Source: the human T2T-CHM13v2.0 reference genome, Homo sapiens. Taken from it: a stretch of 64,000 bases of DNA. The stretch is from NCBI RefSeq assembly GCF_009914755.1, contig NC_060926.1. One strand, given 5' to 3'. The notes under the pieces are model-generated. The model saw only the letters and a list, made by a program, of their open reading frames with translations. It did no database searches and had not been told where the DNA came from. Below, piece after piece: positions 24,800 through 40,035 of the stretch. The translations under genes and the position numbers were made by a program. The first letter of the stretch is position 1, and each line of letters opens with the position of its first letter.

Positions 24800-26220
24800 A
24801 GAGTAAGCTCACCTGGATCCTAGCTCTGCCGCCAGCATGCTGAGTGACGCTGAATGAGTCACCTAATGTTGCTAGGCCTCTGCTCAGTCATCTATAAAAG
24901 GGGGATAATTGAACCCATAAGCATCAAAATGGAATAAAATCTGTAAGCTCACTTTGGAAAAGCATAAAATGAGATGTGGACGTGGATTTGTGTCTCAAAT
25001 CTCCATCCCCCCTGCCATGTCCGGGGAGCACATTCCCCGCTTGGCAGCAGCTCCTCCCCACCTGCGTCCCCATGCAGCTCGAGTCTCAGGACCACCACCT
25101 GTGCATAAGTGAAAGTGTCTTTAGTGACAGCAGCATGGAGAGAGCTCTTGATTTAATGAACTCGGTGGACTGCATTGGGCTGTCTGCAGGAAGATCATAT
25201 TTTATTGAAACAAGGCAGAACACAAACACAGGGCATGCTGAGCCCCTGTTTATTCCTCCCCTGATCCTGGGAGGCATCGGTGACAAGCTGGGCGCACACA
25301 GGGCAAGCCTCCTGCTCAGGACTCAGTGTTGGGGGTGGGTCCCAGGAGGCAGATGAGGGAGCACACACAGCCCTGCTGGGTCAGTGCAGGGAGGATGGGA
25401 CTTCGAGTCGGGGAGGGGGAAGAAGGGGAAACTGAGGATCCTAGATCTACTACTTTCTCGTGGGTGATTTAAAACTAATATTGTAAGCTCTCTGAGCCTC
25501 AATGTTTTCAGCTGTAAAATTGGGGTGATTATCATAATCCTCCCTTCAGAGGTTGCTGGGAGGATTAAATGAGATAATGATGGACATAGCCTTAATCACA
25601 AGAGAAATAAGGGAGGCACAAACCTCACTGCCCCGACTTCCCAGTAAACAAAATTGGTATAGCTGTCAGACACAACATAGGTGGCTCAAAAGTATGAGAA
25701 ATCAGCCACATAATTTATGACATGAAAATGGGCTCAATTATTCTGTAACACGTGTAAAAAAAATTACAATGTTTTCACTTATACAGAAAATAAAAACAAA
25801 GAGAAGCCTTAAGTACTTGCTTCTGAGAGAGGCTGGAAAGGATCATTCAGGGCTCAGGATGAGATGATAAAACTTGCGTCCCAGGGAATTTGGAAGCAGA
25901 GACACAAGACTCACGCTCTTGGTATAAACGTAAGTCTTTTCCATACATGCACGTGCTCACCTGTGTGTGCACACACACATACATTCGGATGTAACTGCAA
26001 CTAAGGTGTTGACTGAGATGCAGCCTGGTATGAGGAAAAGAACAAGGCTCTGGAGTTCAACCTGCATCCCAGGTTTGGGGTTTTCTTATTAGCTTCATGA
26101 CTCTGGGCAAGCTGCATAATAACTAATTTTCAAAGCTATCATGAAGATTAAATTAAATCAAATATGTAAATGTCCTAATCTAATGCTTGGCACATAGTGA
26201 CTATCTGATAAGTGGTAGTT
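24800..26220 (+). mobile_element. three separate MIR SINEs (~24800-24970, ~25430-25590, ~26010-26220)
   Basis: MIR core motifs, e.g. CTCTCTGAGCCTCAATGTTTTCAGCTGTAAAATTGGGG, GAGGATTAAATGAGATAAT, CTTGGCACATAGT. Confidence 0.7.
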
Positions 26221-28270
26221 TTAAATGGTAGCTGTTATCTGCATAAATGCATGTGATTTCATTAAAATGCTCCTGTGTGTTGGTAGAAATGAAGCCCATT
26301 TGAGCTGATGTCATCAAGGTCACAGGGCACATACATGGTGGTTGGGGTACTAATCCACAGTTTCTGCATCCCAGTCCTGCCCCTGAGAGAAATTCATCAA
26401 GCGGGAGTAACATTGCAAACAACTGGCTTTGCCCAGGACCCCAATAGCATACTCCAGAAGGCTGTTCTCTGGCTCCTTTCCAGCTCTGTGAGTGGTGACA
26501 ATCCAGAAAGACACCATGTCAGTGTGTTCATGGGAACCATTTGTTTGCCAAATCCCTTCTTGAATACATGGCTAAAACCCTTAGTTTATAATTCTTCACC
26601 TGTGGTTTCACAGGCGAAGATAAGCAAACCTTAAAGCAAAGCATTATATCATTGAAGCAGCAAGAGTATGTACATGTCAGGAGAGCAGGGAAGAGGAAGA
26701 AAGCCAGGGGTGCAGCATGAAGCAAGACAGTGATCCTCAGCCCTTCCAAGATGTGCAGCCGAGACCCCAAGAAGCACCTTCCAGATTGTTAAAAGGAGAG
26801 CAGCCACAGAAGGTGCCATCTGCTGGAATTCAGTTGGGCCATCCCCAGTTTCGGGCAACATTGGGGTCATCCCACATTAATAAGATAGGTCCTTCCGGGA
26901 TTCTCCTTTGAAAAAGAAAGCTGTGTTACTGCTGCCTGGTTTCTGGTACCCTGTAGCATTTCTCCAAGACTCAGGCTTTACAATCTCACCTGCCACAACT
27001 TTGGATCAGAAAGCATGTCTCAGCCATTGAGCTTGAAGGTTACCTCTCTGAGCACCATCTATTATCCTGTGTTATCGCTAAACAGAAAATGTAGTCGGTC
27101 AAGCTGCACAGAGCGATGAGATGCATGCCTGAGCTGCCAATTGGGCTATTTATACTAGAGGAAGGATATTTTAAAACCCCATGTCAGTATCTAACCCAGC
27201 ATGATCCTTTTATGTGCAATTATCCCCCAGTTTGGCATGAAATCCAAATAAATGTTTAGAAATGCTCGAACCTCCAGATGAAAGCTGTAATCAATGTATC
27301 AATGATTTTCTTCTAAAGGGCATGCAATCAAAAAGAGGAACCAGCATATTAGAGCAATTAATGGAAATTATAGAGAGTGGTGAGGACAATGGTTTTGCAT
27401 TCTGGTTTCAAACTTTTTTAGGATTTAGACATTGTCATCTCAAAATTTGTTGTGGCTGACACCTAAACTCTGATTAACATTCATGGTTTACAAAGGACAT
27501 CACACATGTAGACTGAACATTGCAAATAGTAAAATCCGAAAGACAAGAACCTGCCACATGGAACTTGAAATGTGAACAATATGTAAGCTACATGGCAGAA
27601 GGAAACTAAGCAGTCAATCAAAACAATGCAATCAGGAGAGGGACACTAGTCTTAGGCAAGGAGGAGAGATTCAGGAATCCTGGGAATAAGCCCAAGGTTA
27701 TAAGCCCATGCAGTGCCCTCTGTAGCCAACTCTGTGCCTGACAGATGCATCTAGCTATGGCTTGTTGGGGATTCAGCTGTTCCCCACAAGCAACTTCAAA
27801 TGGTTTGTCTATGTTGCAAACTTCCCTGTCTAACCCATTGTCAATCCTTGACTCTAAAATCATCCTTCTCGTGGAGTGTGGGCAACTCCAGTACAAATCC
27901 GTGTCTTTGTATTTTCATCCTTCAGTTCAGTGCCTGACAGAGAACAGATGCCCAGGAAATGCTTGTGCTTATACAATTATGTGCAGTTAAGAATGGACTT
28001 CTCATATCTATTTAATGTTTAGGCAGGACCTCCTTTTTGAATTTCTAGAAATGTGTGTGCATCTTTCAAGGCCCCCTGTTCATTGGCTCATCCCAGGAGC
28101 CTTCCTTAAGCTCTGTAGCTCACGGTGGTCTGACCCTCCTCTGAGCTCCAAAATCACTCATGGCCCCATCTTTCTTTAGGTATCTCCATCTAGCCTGTAA
28201 GCTCCTGGAGGATGGACAGAATGTCTTTTTGATCATCACATTTTTCACAACTGATTTTTCAATATATAAC

Positions 28271-28685
28271 GTTTTATGGACCAAATTGTTTCCCCTTTCC
28301 CAAAATTCATATGTTGAAGCCCTAACCCCCAGCATACCTCAGAATGGGAGTGTATTTGTAGATAGGGACTTTAAGGAGGTAATTAAGGTTAAATGAAGTC
28401 TTAAAAGTGGGGCTGTAATCCGATATGACTAGTGTCATTAGAAAGGAAAGAAAGAGGCATCGAGAATGTGCACACACAGAGAACAGGCCATGTGAGGACT
28501 TCTTACAAAACATATGCAAGAAGGTGGCCATCTGAGAGCCAAGGAGAGAGGTCTCAGGAGAAACCACATGACCACTGCCTTGATCTCCAACTTTTACCCT
28601 CCAGAATCATGAGAAAATAAACTTTTGTTGCTTAAGCCACTCAGTCTGTGATGTTTTGTTATGACAGCCCTAGGAAACTAATATA
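28271..28685 (+). mobile_element. MLT1B-like MaLR solo LTR
   Basis: CCCAAAATTCATATGTTGAAGCCCTAACCCCCAG...GTTTTGTTATGACAGCCCTAGGAAACTAATA. Confidence 0.9.
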
Positions 28686-29869
28686 TAAGATATAGAGTGT
28701 GGAGCTATCTTTTATTTGTTCTATCTCCCATAAGCAGTAGAAGGGGAAGCTGGGACACAGAAGAAAGAGGGCAGTAGAATGTTCTGTATACGTCTTGCTA
28801 GGCCCATTTATTTGGTCTATAGTGTTGTGAAAGTTTGATGTTTCCTTATTGATTATCTGTCTTCGTTGTCGAAAACAGGGTATTGAAGTCTCCTACAAAC
28901 TGAGCTCAAAGTTAGCAGAAGGAAGAAGATAATAAAGATTAGAACAGAAATAAATAGAAAATAGAAAAACAATAGAAAAAATTAACAAACTGAGTTGGTT
29001 TCCTGAAAAGTTAAACAAAATTGGCAAACCTTAGCTAGACTAAGAAAAAAAGAGAAAAGACTCAAAAAAAAAAAAAAAAAATCAGAAACGAGGAGACATT
29101 ACAACTAATACAACTAAAATAAAGAGATCACAGGACTACTATGAACAATTAAACATCAACAAATTAGATAACCTAGGTGAAATGTATAAATTCTTAGAAA
29201 CATATAATCTACCAAGACTGAATTATAAAGAAATAAATTGACCAAAGTAGTTTGACATGCAAAAATAGATAAATAAAATAAAGAAACAGAAAAATCTGGA
29301 CAGACCAATAAAAATGAGAAGACCGAATCAGTAATCAAAATCTGGCCAACAAAGAAAAGTCCAAGACCGTATGGTTTCACTTAGGAATTCTACCAAATAT
29401 TTAAAGAATAATTAAAATCAATTCTTCTTAAATTATTCCAAAATATCAAAGAAGAGGGAACGCTTCCTAAACTCATTTTATGAGGTCAGCATTACCCTGA
29501 TACCAAAGCCAGACAAAGGCACTACCAAAAACGAAACAGAACAAAACAAAACAAAAACCCTACAGGTAAATGTCTCAGATGAACATAGATGCAAAAACCC
29601 TTAATAAAATAATACCAAATCAAACTCAACAGCACATTAAAAGGATCGTATATCAAGACCAAGTGGGAGTTGTCCCTGGCATGCAAGAATGGCTCAACAT
29701 ATGCAAATCAATTAATGTAACAGAACCCATTTAGAGGATAAAGCATAAATATCACATGTTCATCTCAAGAGATGCAGAAAAAAGCATTTGACAAAATTCA
29801 ACACTCTTCATAATAAAAACTCTCAACAAATAGGTATAGAAAAAATTTACCTCAACAAAATAAAAATTA

Positions 29870-29992
29870 TGTAAGATATGTTAATTAGTACAAATATGTT
29901 GATTCTTTCACGATATATACATATATCAAAACATCAAGTTGTACACCTTAAATATACAAAATTTTATGTTAATGATATCTCAATGAAGTTGA
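29870..29992 (+). mobile_element. nested L1MA9/10-type 3' tip inside the L1MB ORF2
   Basis: TATATCAAAACATCAAGTTGTACACCTTAAATATAC...CTCAATGAAGTTG interrupts host RT sequence. Confidence 0.7.
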
Positions 29993-31801
29993 GATATATC
30001 AATTATATCAAACCAAAAATAGAAGTCACATATGAAAATCCCAGAGTTAACATTATACTCACTGATGAAAAACAAAAACCTTTTTCTCTAAGACCAGAAA
30101 CAAAACAAGGATGTCCTCTCTCAGCACTTCTACTCAACATAGTTCTAGAAGTCCTAGACAGAGCAATTAGGCAAGAAAAAGAAATAAAAGGCAGCCAACT
30201 GATAAGGAAGAAGTAAGATTATCTGTCTGGAGATGACATGACCTTATAGTAGAAAACCATAAAAACTCCACACACGAAATATTGTTAGAACTAATAAACT
30301 CACTGAAGTTGCAGGATACAATATCATCATACAAAATCAGTTGTGTTTCTAACAACAAACTATCCAAAAAGGAAATTAGGAAAACAATCTTATTTATAGT
30401 AACAACAAATAGAATAAAACACTTAGAAATAAACTTAACCAAGGAGGCAAAAGTCTCCTTGGACAAAGAAAACTACAACACATTGATTTAAAAAAAAATT
30501 AAAGTATACAAATAAATGGAAAGATGCTACATGTTTATGGATTGGAAGACTTGTTACTGCTAAATTGCCCCTACTAAATAAAGCAATCTACAGATTCAAC
30601 ACTATCTCCATCAAAATCCCAATGACATTTTTTACAGACATAGAAAATCCTAAAATTAATATGGAACCACAAAATCCCTGAGTAGCCAAAGCAATCAAAG
30701 AAGAACAAAGTTGGAGGCCTCATACTTCCTGATTTCAAAATATATTACAAAGTTATAGTAAACAAAATTGTATGCTACTGACATGCAGACAGAAATAAAG
30801 ACCAATGGAACAGAATAAATAGCCCAGAAATAAACACACACATTTACAGTCAATTGCTCTTTGACAAGGGTGCCAAGACTACACAATGAGGAAAGGACAA
30901 TCTCTTCAACAAATAGTACTGGGAAAACTAGATACCTACATGCAGAAAAAAATGAAATTGTTCCTTATCTTATACCGTACATAAAAGTAAAGTCAAAATG
31001 GATTAATGATTTATACTTAAGACCTGAAATTATTTTACTAGGAAAAACCTTCATGACATTGATCTCGGCAATTATTTCTTGGATTTGACACCAAATGCAT
31101 AGTCAGCAAAAACAAAACCAAGCAAATGGGACTATATCAAACCAAAAAGGATTAAGAAAAACCATCACACAGTGAAAAGGCAACCTATGAAATGGGAGAA
31201 GATATTCACAAACCATACATTTGTTAAGGGGTTAATATCCAAAACACATAGGGAAATCATATGACGCAAGAGCAAGAAAACAATCCAATTAAAAAATAAG
31301 TAAAGGATTGAACAGACATTTCTCCACAGAAGACATACATGTGAACCACAAGCACGTTTTTAAAAAATCGACATCACTAATCATCAGGGAAATGCAAATC
31401 AAAACCACAATAAGAACCTCACATCTATTACGATGGCTATTATCAAAAAACAAAAGGTAAGTGTTGGCAAATATGTGGGGAAAAGAGAACACTTGTACAC
31501 TGTTAATTTTTGGTGGGAATGTAAAATGGTGCAACCACTAGGGAAAACAATATGGAACTTCTTCAAAAAATTAATAATAGAACTACCATATGATCCAGCA
31601 ATCCCACTTCTAAGTATACCATCAAAGGAAATAAAATCAGAATGTTGAAGAAATATCAGCACCCCCATGTTCATTGCAGCATTGTTCACAATAGCCAAGA
31701 TAAGGAATCAACCTAAGTGTCCATCAACAGATCAACCAATAAAGAAAATGTAATAATGCATACAATAGAATATTATTCAGCCTTAAAAAGGCAGAAATCC
31801 T

Positions 31802-32108
<307 letters not shown>

Positions 32109-32270
32109 AAAAGAAAAGGAAAAAAGAAAAGAGAGGAGAGGAGAGGAGGGGAGGGGAGGGGAGGGGAGGGGAGGGGAGAGGAGGGGAGAGGAGGGGAGAG
32201 GAGGGGAGAGGAGGGGAGAGGAGGGGAGAGGAGGGGAGAGGAGAAGAGAAGAAAAGAAAGAGAGTAAGAA
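32109..32270. repeat. polypurine (GAGGG/GAGGGGAGAG)n tract derived from the Alu tail
   Basis: essentially purine-only strand with 5- and 10-bp periodicity. Confidence 0.95.
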
Positions 32271-33556
32271 AGGAATCCTACCACGTGCCACAACATGGAT
32301 GAGCCTGAAGGACATTATGTTAAGTGACATGTTAGTTGCAGAAGGACAAGCACTGCATGATTCCACTTATATAAAGTATCTAAAATGGTCAAACTCAGAA
32401 ACAGAGAGTAGAATGGTGGCTTTTAGGGGCTGTGGGGGAGGGGGAAACGTGAAGTTGCTGTTGATTGGGTATAAAGTTAAACCAGATGAGTAAGTTTAGA
32501 GATCTGCTGTCCAACACTGCGCCTATAGTTAACATACTGTGTTATGCAATCACAAATTTGTTAAGAGAGTTTACCTCATGTCAAGTGTTCTTACCACAAT
32601 AAAAATATAAATATGTAAGTAAAAGTAAAATGAAGAAAGATAAAACATTCTTGAGACCCATATTAATTAATTGAGATTAACTGAGAACAATACATAACTA
32701 AAAGAGTTTCAAGGTCAAAGGAAAAAGAAAAAAGAAAAAGGGAAGTGTGCTTAGCCTCTAAGTTTTAGAGTTTAACAAACACATTGATAATTTCTCCAAT
32801 TACTTCTAGAATTGTTCTAATTATGAATATAGATTTAGAACAAAGAATGATCTAAAGTTGAGGAACTTTGGGATTAAGTGAAACCTGGATTTGATTATAG
32901 CTTTGCCACTTACTGGCTGTATAGCCTCAGGCAGGTCCCCTACATTCCCTGACTTTAGTTCTCTAATACATTTTCTCAAACTTGAAACATCTACTTACCT
33001 AGTCCTACCGTAGTCTGTTGTGAGCGTTAATGAGTTTATGTGGGGGGAAACATCTGTCATGATCCATACATTCATCGATGCCGAATTCAGTGGCAGCTAC
33101 AATTAAGAAGGCATCCAACGTAGGAAGGAGGATATAAATTCTGGAGACACCGAGGAAGGCAAGTGCTCAATACATGTTTTCTTGGAAGGTTCTAGGTATG
33201 AATCTCTACTGAGGACTTTGTCTAGACCAGGATGAGAGGCAAAAGCAATGAACCCCAAACCCCACTCTGCCACCCACTCACAATGCAGGCTTGAAGCTAG
33301 TCTATTTTCCTAGGCAGAGACAATGTCTTAATCATCTTTTGAATCCTGATGACTATTAATTGGCAGTTTTAATAAATTATATCCATGTAGCAGCAGTAGT
33401 TAATAGGGGTAGTAGTAATGGTAGTCATAGTGACTCCGATTTGCTTTTCTAAGCAATATGCTGACTTGCCCTGGCAGCACCATCCAAAAACCACACCTGA
33501 GAAACAGTGCAATTTCCTGGCTTCTAAAAATTCTAAACACAATCTCTTTATCTACC

Positions 33557-33966
33557 TGTATTAATCTGTTTTCTGTTGCTTATAACACAATACCTGAAAC
33601 TTGGTAATTTATAAGAAAGGGGATTTATTCTTTACAGTTATGGAGGCTGAGAAGTCCAAGGTCAAGAGCTGCATCCAGTGAGAGCCTCCTGGTTGGTGGG
33701 AAGTCTCTACAGAGTCCCGAGGCAGCGCAGGGCCTCACATGGTTGGGGGGGCTTAGCATGTCCCTCTGATCTCTCTTCCTCTTCTTATAAAGCCACCGGT
33801 CCTACTCCCATGACAACCCACTAATCCACAAATGGATTAATGCATTCAGGAGGGCAGAGCTCTCACGACCTAATCATCTCTCAAATGCACCACCTTTCCG
33901 TGCTACCACATTATGGATTAAATTTCAACGTGACTTTTGGAGGGGACAGATATTCAAAGCATAGCA
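33557..33966 (-). mobile_element. MST-family (MSTC-like) MaLR solo LTR
   Basis: TGTATTAATCTGTTTTCTGTTGCTTATAAC...GGAGGCTGAGAAGTCCAAGGTCAAG...ATTCAAAGCATAGCA. Confidence 0.9.
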
Positions 33967-35788
33967 CTGTCCAATTGGAAAAGAATGTGAGAACACACAC
34001 ACTTCGCCTCTTTAAGTCTGACTTGTCAAAACCCTTACAGCCAGATGTTCAGGGCTACCTAAAATAGCTCCTGATGACGAGCCCAGCAGTGAAGCGGCTT
34101 TGGAAATTGTCAGGTTGCCCAGCAAAGAGATTCCTTCAGTCATGGCAAAAGCCCAGTGTTGTTCTCAACCCTTCATCTTGAAATGATTACCTTCCAAGAC
34201 TCCTAAGTCATGCTAATGAGTTCTTTTTCTGAACGATCTCTATCCTTCAGATCACTGAGCTCTGAAGTCAGGCTCACCCTGAGAACTGTGGATCTTATCA
34301 TGGTTTCAGTGGGGCTCAAAAAAAAAAAAATGGACCTGTAAAAGAGATAGCAAAAATGGCAAATGACACTATCAAAACTACTTTTCACATTTCAAAGGAT
34401 GAAAAGCCAGGAGATTTTTCTCACCTCCACATCTCTGTAAAATCTTTGGTCATGTTAAGAGAAAAAAAAAGTAATAACTTTTTAAGGATATTTTTTCTCT
34501 GTGACAGCATCTACATAAAACATTAATAACAGCATCTACTTAAAACAAAGAGCAAAGACAGATCGATGTTTGGCTTTGTCTGTGAACATTTGTTAAAAAA
34601 TGCGAGTAGATCAGCATTATGATAGCGAGGCAGGAAGGCAGGCACGGATTGGGAATTGGAGTTATCTAGTTCTTGACCCAGACAAACCTGAGACCCATTT
34701 TATCAAGTCAGTGAGGCAAAGTACTCCTCACTCAGGTGTGCTACCTTTGGTCAGAACCCCCCCACCATGAGAATGTCAGAACTGCAGAGTCCCCTGGCAG
34801 TATACTTTATTTTAAAAATTGATTCATTTCTGAAAGTGGAGCTCGACTGTCTCCTGACCTGCTGTCTGTCCTGGTCCTACTTACAGTGTGGTACTAGTTG
34901 TTTCTAAAATGCTCCCATTCTAGGGCAACAAAATGACTAGGTAGAGTGGCTCTACAGTAAGGCTCTCTGGCCCCTTAAGTCCAGCCTCCAACAGGCACAG
35001 CTGTTTCTTCAGATGTCTAATGCTGATGCCCCTAATGTGGCCTTGAGGATAGACCACAGCTCTTTTTGTATACACAGGGTCCACCCTGGTCCCTCTTGTA
35101 ACAAGAATAAAACTCAAATACACCCACATGGAGGCTGCAGGACCCCACAGCTCCTGCCCCTGCTGTTGGCTGCTTGCTGCTCTTCCCAGTGAAAATCAAA
35201 GTAACTGGGGTGTTGTTGGCCCCATATCTGCCTCCATTTCTCAGGAGTGGCTCACCAACAAGAGCAGAACACTCCATGGCTCCTCTGTGTCCCTAAGTCC
35301 TACCCCTTGGTCTCGGCCAGGCCAAAGGCAAGTTTCCTGCCCTACAGCTAACACTCTCCCCTAGCAACACTCATTCCCTTCCATGAAAAACTCCATGCCC
35401 CCTCACACTAGGGGGCCTATTCCCTTCCATGGAAAATTCCATCTCTTCTCACACCAGGGTGTGCACTTGTCCTCAGGACCCCACACAACCATCACAGAAT
35501 TAGCATCATTAGAATATATTGCCATGCATATACATGATCACGTTGTTACAAGACTTACCTGAAAGACCAAAATGTAAAACATAAAAGTACAGTTTCTTTG
35601 GAAGAAGAAAGAGGGGTGTCCTCCTCCCTGAGCCCTTTATCTCACAGCAGCACCTACATGGGCCATGACATGCTTCTTAAAAACCACTGATTTGAGCTCA
35701 AATTCTTCATTTTGCTGGTGGAGAAACTGAGACCCAGAGAGGAAAAGGACACCCCAAGAATGCACAGTGGGTTAGTGACAAAGCTGGT

Positions 35789-35950
35789 GTGGCAGATGGA
35801 TAGCATTTTCCAAAGCCAGCCACTTCAATACAATCCCATCCCACACACCCTTCCTATAATGTGACATCAACACTCCTCCTCTGGAAGAAGGGCCTATGTT
35901 CCCAACCCAGGGAAACAAGAGACCTATGCTCGGTAAGATTAACGCTTGAA
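35789..35950 (+). mobile_element. MLT1G/H-like LTR 5' fragment
   Basis: TGTGGCAGAT...TTTTCCAAAG...CCCATCCCACA...AATGTGACATCAACACTCCTCC. Confidence 0.55.
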
Positions 35951-35952
35951 AC

Positions 35953-36577
<625 letters not shown>

Positions 36578-37607
36578 TCATCCTCCTGCTTCTGAAGGTG
36601 AGAACAATGTATCTACACAGCGGCTTTTCCACTAGAAGTGGGGATTTAGAGCAACAAAGATGTCATGAAAACATAATCAAGAAAAAAGTCAAGTGTATTG
36701 ATTACATCTTTGTCCCTGAAGACTTCGTGGAGTAAATAAACAGGCAAACTTGGATGAATATTCACACAAATTAATATTTGACTGAATTTTTCTGTCTACT
36801 TGCTCAGGATGGCTCTCTAAAATGAATTTCCACTTTGAAGAATTATCTATTTTAAGGCTCTGGAGATATTTTCTCATTACTTTCCAAAACTTTTAGCAGA
36901 TGAAACCCCCTCTAGCAGTCTGTGAGAGTACCAGCCTCATGGCTTTTGCCAGTATTTTTATATTATCTTTAATCTTTGCTTATTTACCAAGAAAAATACT
37001 CGCCTTGCTGTTTTAATTGACTTTAATAAGATTAAGCTTGCTTTATTTATTGGCCATTTGTATTTATTCTTCAGTGAAGTTCCTGTTCAGGTCTTTTGCT
37101 CATTACTTATTGGAGTTTTAATGTTTTCTTATTGATTGGTGTGAACATTTTGACATATTAAGTACATGACTCCTTTACCATATCACTATAAATATTTTCT
37201 AATTTCGCATTTCTTTTGAATTTTTTATGATGTTTCTGTAGTATTGAAGATTTTTAAAAAAATTTTATCTAGTCAAATCCATTTAATTCTTTGAAATTTC
37301 TCCAATAGAGAGGGAGCTGCTCCTTAAATCATCAGGCATTTTCCTATTTTAACCTCGGTTTTGTGTTTATAGTTTTATAAAAATATAATCACAGAAATAT
37401 TTAAACAGTCTCAATACAACGTGTTAAGGGAAATAATAAATATACTGGGAGTCATGGAGAATTGAAAATATTATGATAGTGACATTCCTCATCTGCGAAT
37501 AAGTATATTTTCCCATTTTATGTTTATCTTATGTACTCAGTAGAACTTTTAAATTAAAAACAATTATCAACATCAAAGGCATACAAAAGAGCTTAAAGAA
37601 TAACACA

Positions 37608-37905
37608 GGCCAGGCGCAGAGGCTCATGCCTGTAACCCCAACACTTTGAGAGGCTGAGGCAAGTGGATCACTTCGAGCTCAGGAGTTCGAGACCAGCCTG
37701 GGAACATGCAGAAACCCTGTCTCTACAAAAATACAAAAATCAGCCAGGCATTGGTGGCTCGCACCTGTAGTTCAAGCTACTTGGGAGGCTGGAGAACTGC
37801 TTAAGCCTGGGAAAATGGAGGCCACAGTGAGCTGAGATCGCACTGCTGCACTCCAGCCTGGGCAACAGCTGGAAACCCTGACTCAAAACAAACAACAACA
37901 ACAAA
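37608..37905 (+). mobile_element. AluJ
   Basis: Alu dimer with J features; exact 13-bp TSD AAAGAATAACACA at 37595-37607 and 37906-37918. Confidence 0.95.
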
Positions 37906-37944
37906 AAAGAATAACACAGAAAATTCTTCTGTATCTTAGCTTTA

Positions 37945-38262
<318 letters not shown>

Positions 38263-39084
38263 AACAATACCAGTACAGGGGAAGGCATCTGTTTCTATTT
38301 TTTGGCTGTATCCCCCGCATCCTATCATGAGTAACCACAATCTTGAATTTGTGCTTATCACTTCCATGCATTTTTTTTCTTTTACTACTTAAATATATAT
38401 TACTAAGCAAAATGTACTTTCTCATGTTATACACAGAAATATACATACACGTGCACATATATAGACACATACATATAACATTGTCTTCCTTTGTGACTTA
38501 CTCTTTTTTACCTAATATTAAGTTTGTGAGAGTCATCCATTTGATGCAGATAACACCAATACATTCTTTCTCACTGACTCATTTTATGTGTTTTGATATA
38601 TCATCGTGTTAATCGGCATTCAGGCTTTGCACACAATGCTGCTGTTAATATTCTTGGACCTATCTCTCTAAAATATTTTGCAAGCATTAGTCAAAATGTC
38701 AAGAAGTTATGTTTAGAACCAGACCTCAATGATTTTATAGTTCATTGTGGATAAAACACTAGGAAAATTGGAAAAAATCTTATGAATAATGAGGAAGACT
38801 AACACCAGATATGAAAATATGTTATAAAGTTACAATGATCAGAACAACTTGATGTTGGTTCAGGAATAGACAGAGCAACAGAATAGCTCCAAAAACTCAA
38901 ACATACATTCAAGTCCATATGAAAATTTAAGCAATGTTAAAGGAAATGTTTTAAACCAATACAAAAAAGATAATGTAATCAACAGTGTTGTGACAATAGG
39001 CCAGACATTTGATAAAACTAAACTGGATTACTACCTTATTCCTGTATAAAAATTAATTAAAACTAGATTGAAGATAAAAACACA

Positions 39085-39212
39085 TGGAAAGAAGAAGGGA
39101 GGGAGGGAAGGAAGGAAGGATGGAAGGAAGGATGGAAAGAAGGAAGGATGGAAGGAGGGGGGGAGGGAAGGAAAGAAGGAGGGAAGGAAGGAAGGAAGGA
39201 TGGGAGGGAGGA
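39085..39212. repeat. degenerate (GGAA/GGAG)n microsatellite
   Basis: direct inspection. Confidence 0.9.
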
Positions 39213-40035
39213 AATATCAAGGAAAAAATAATGTATTTATAATCACACAATGAGGAAAAAATTTTAAGCAACTTATATAGACAAGAAGTCACAAAGAAAT
39301 ACAGCAACAAATTACATTTGATAAAAATGAATAACTATAATATAGGGGAACTATAACATGTTATATATTATATAATAGGAGAAAAATAAATATAGTTCTA
39401 TATAATATAACTATAATAGGGGAAAAACATAAACAAAACCAAAAGACAAATAAAGATCTGTGTGGGAAAAGATTTACAAGTCATATCACAGACACAAGGA
39501 TAATTTCCTTAATAGACAAATAGCTCTTACAAATATGGAAAACCTTATATCCACATGAGAAAGCCAAGTAATAGATCTCAAGCACCACATATGGATAGAA
39601 TTAAATGTTCAATAACCATGTAAAGATGCTCAACTGAACTCAGAGTGAAAAAATCCCAATAAATCCTTTCTCACTTGTCAGAATGGCAAGGATTTCATGA
39701 TGAACAATACCCAGTGTTGGTTGAGGGGATATCAGAAAGCTACTGGTAGAATGTAATTTGACAGAAACTATCTACATTAAAATGCACACACTCTTCAAAT
39801 CGGCAATTCTACTTTAAGCAATTTATTGTATTGGTGAACTGGACAACCACACAAAATTATTTCTACAAAAATGTTCATAGTGCCTTTTTGGTAATAGCAA
39901 AAACCCTGAAATAACCTAAATTATTTTTGGTAAGTGATGAGATGAACAGTACAACTGAATACTATGGAGTATTCTTTTAAATGACAATACAACAATGATC
40001 TATTGTTAAATGTAAAAAGCAAGCTGAGATCAACA

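Noticed and set aside
29878-31698. ORFs with RT-like peptides
   Set aside because: Fragments of a frameshifted, stop-ridden L1 ORF2; not a functional gene
34504-34547. 25-bp-period micro-duplication (a similar 23-bp one lies at 58594-58632)
   Set aside because: Ordinary slippage duplications with no motif or structural consequence seen
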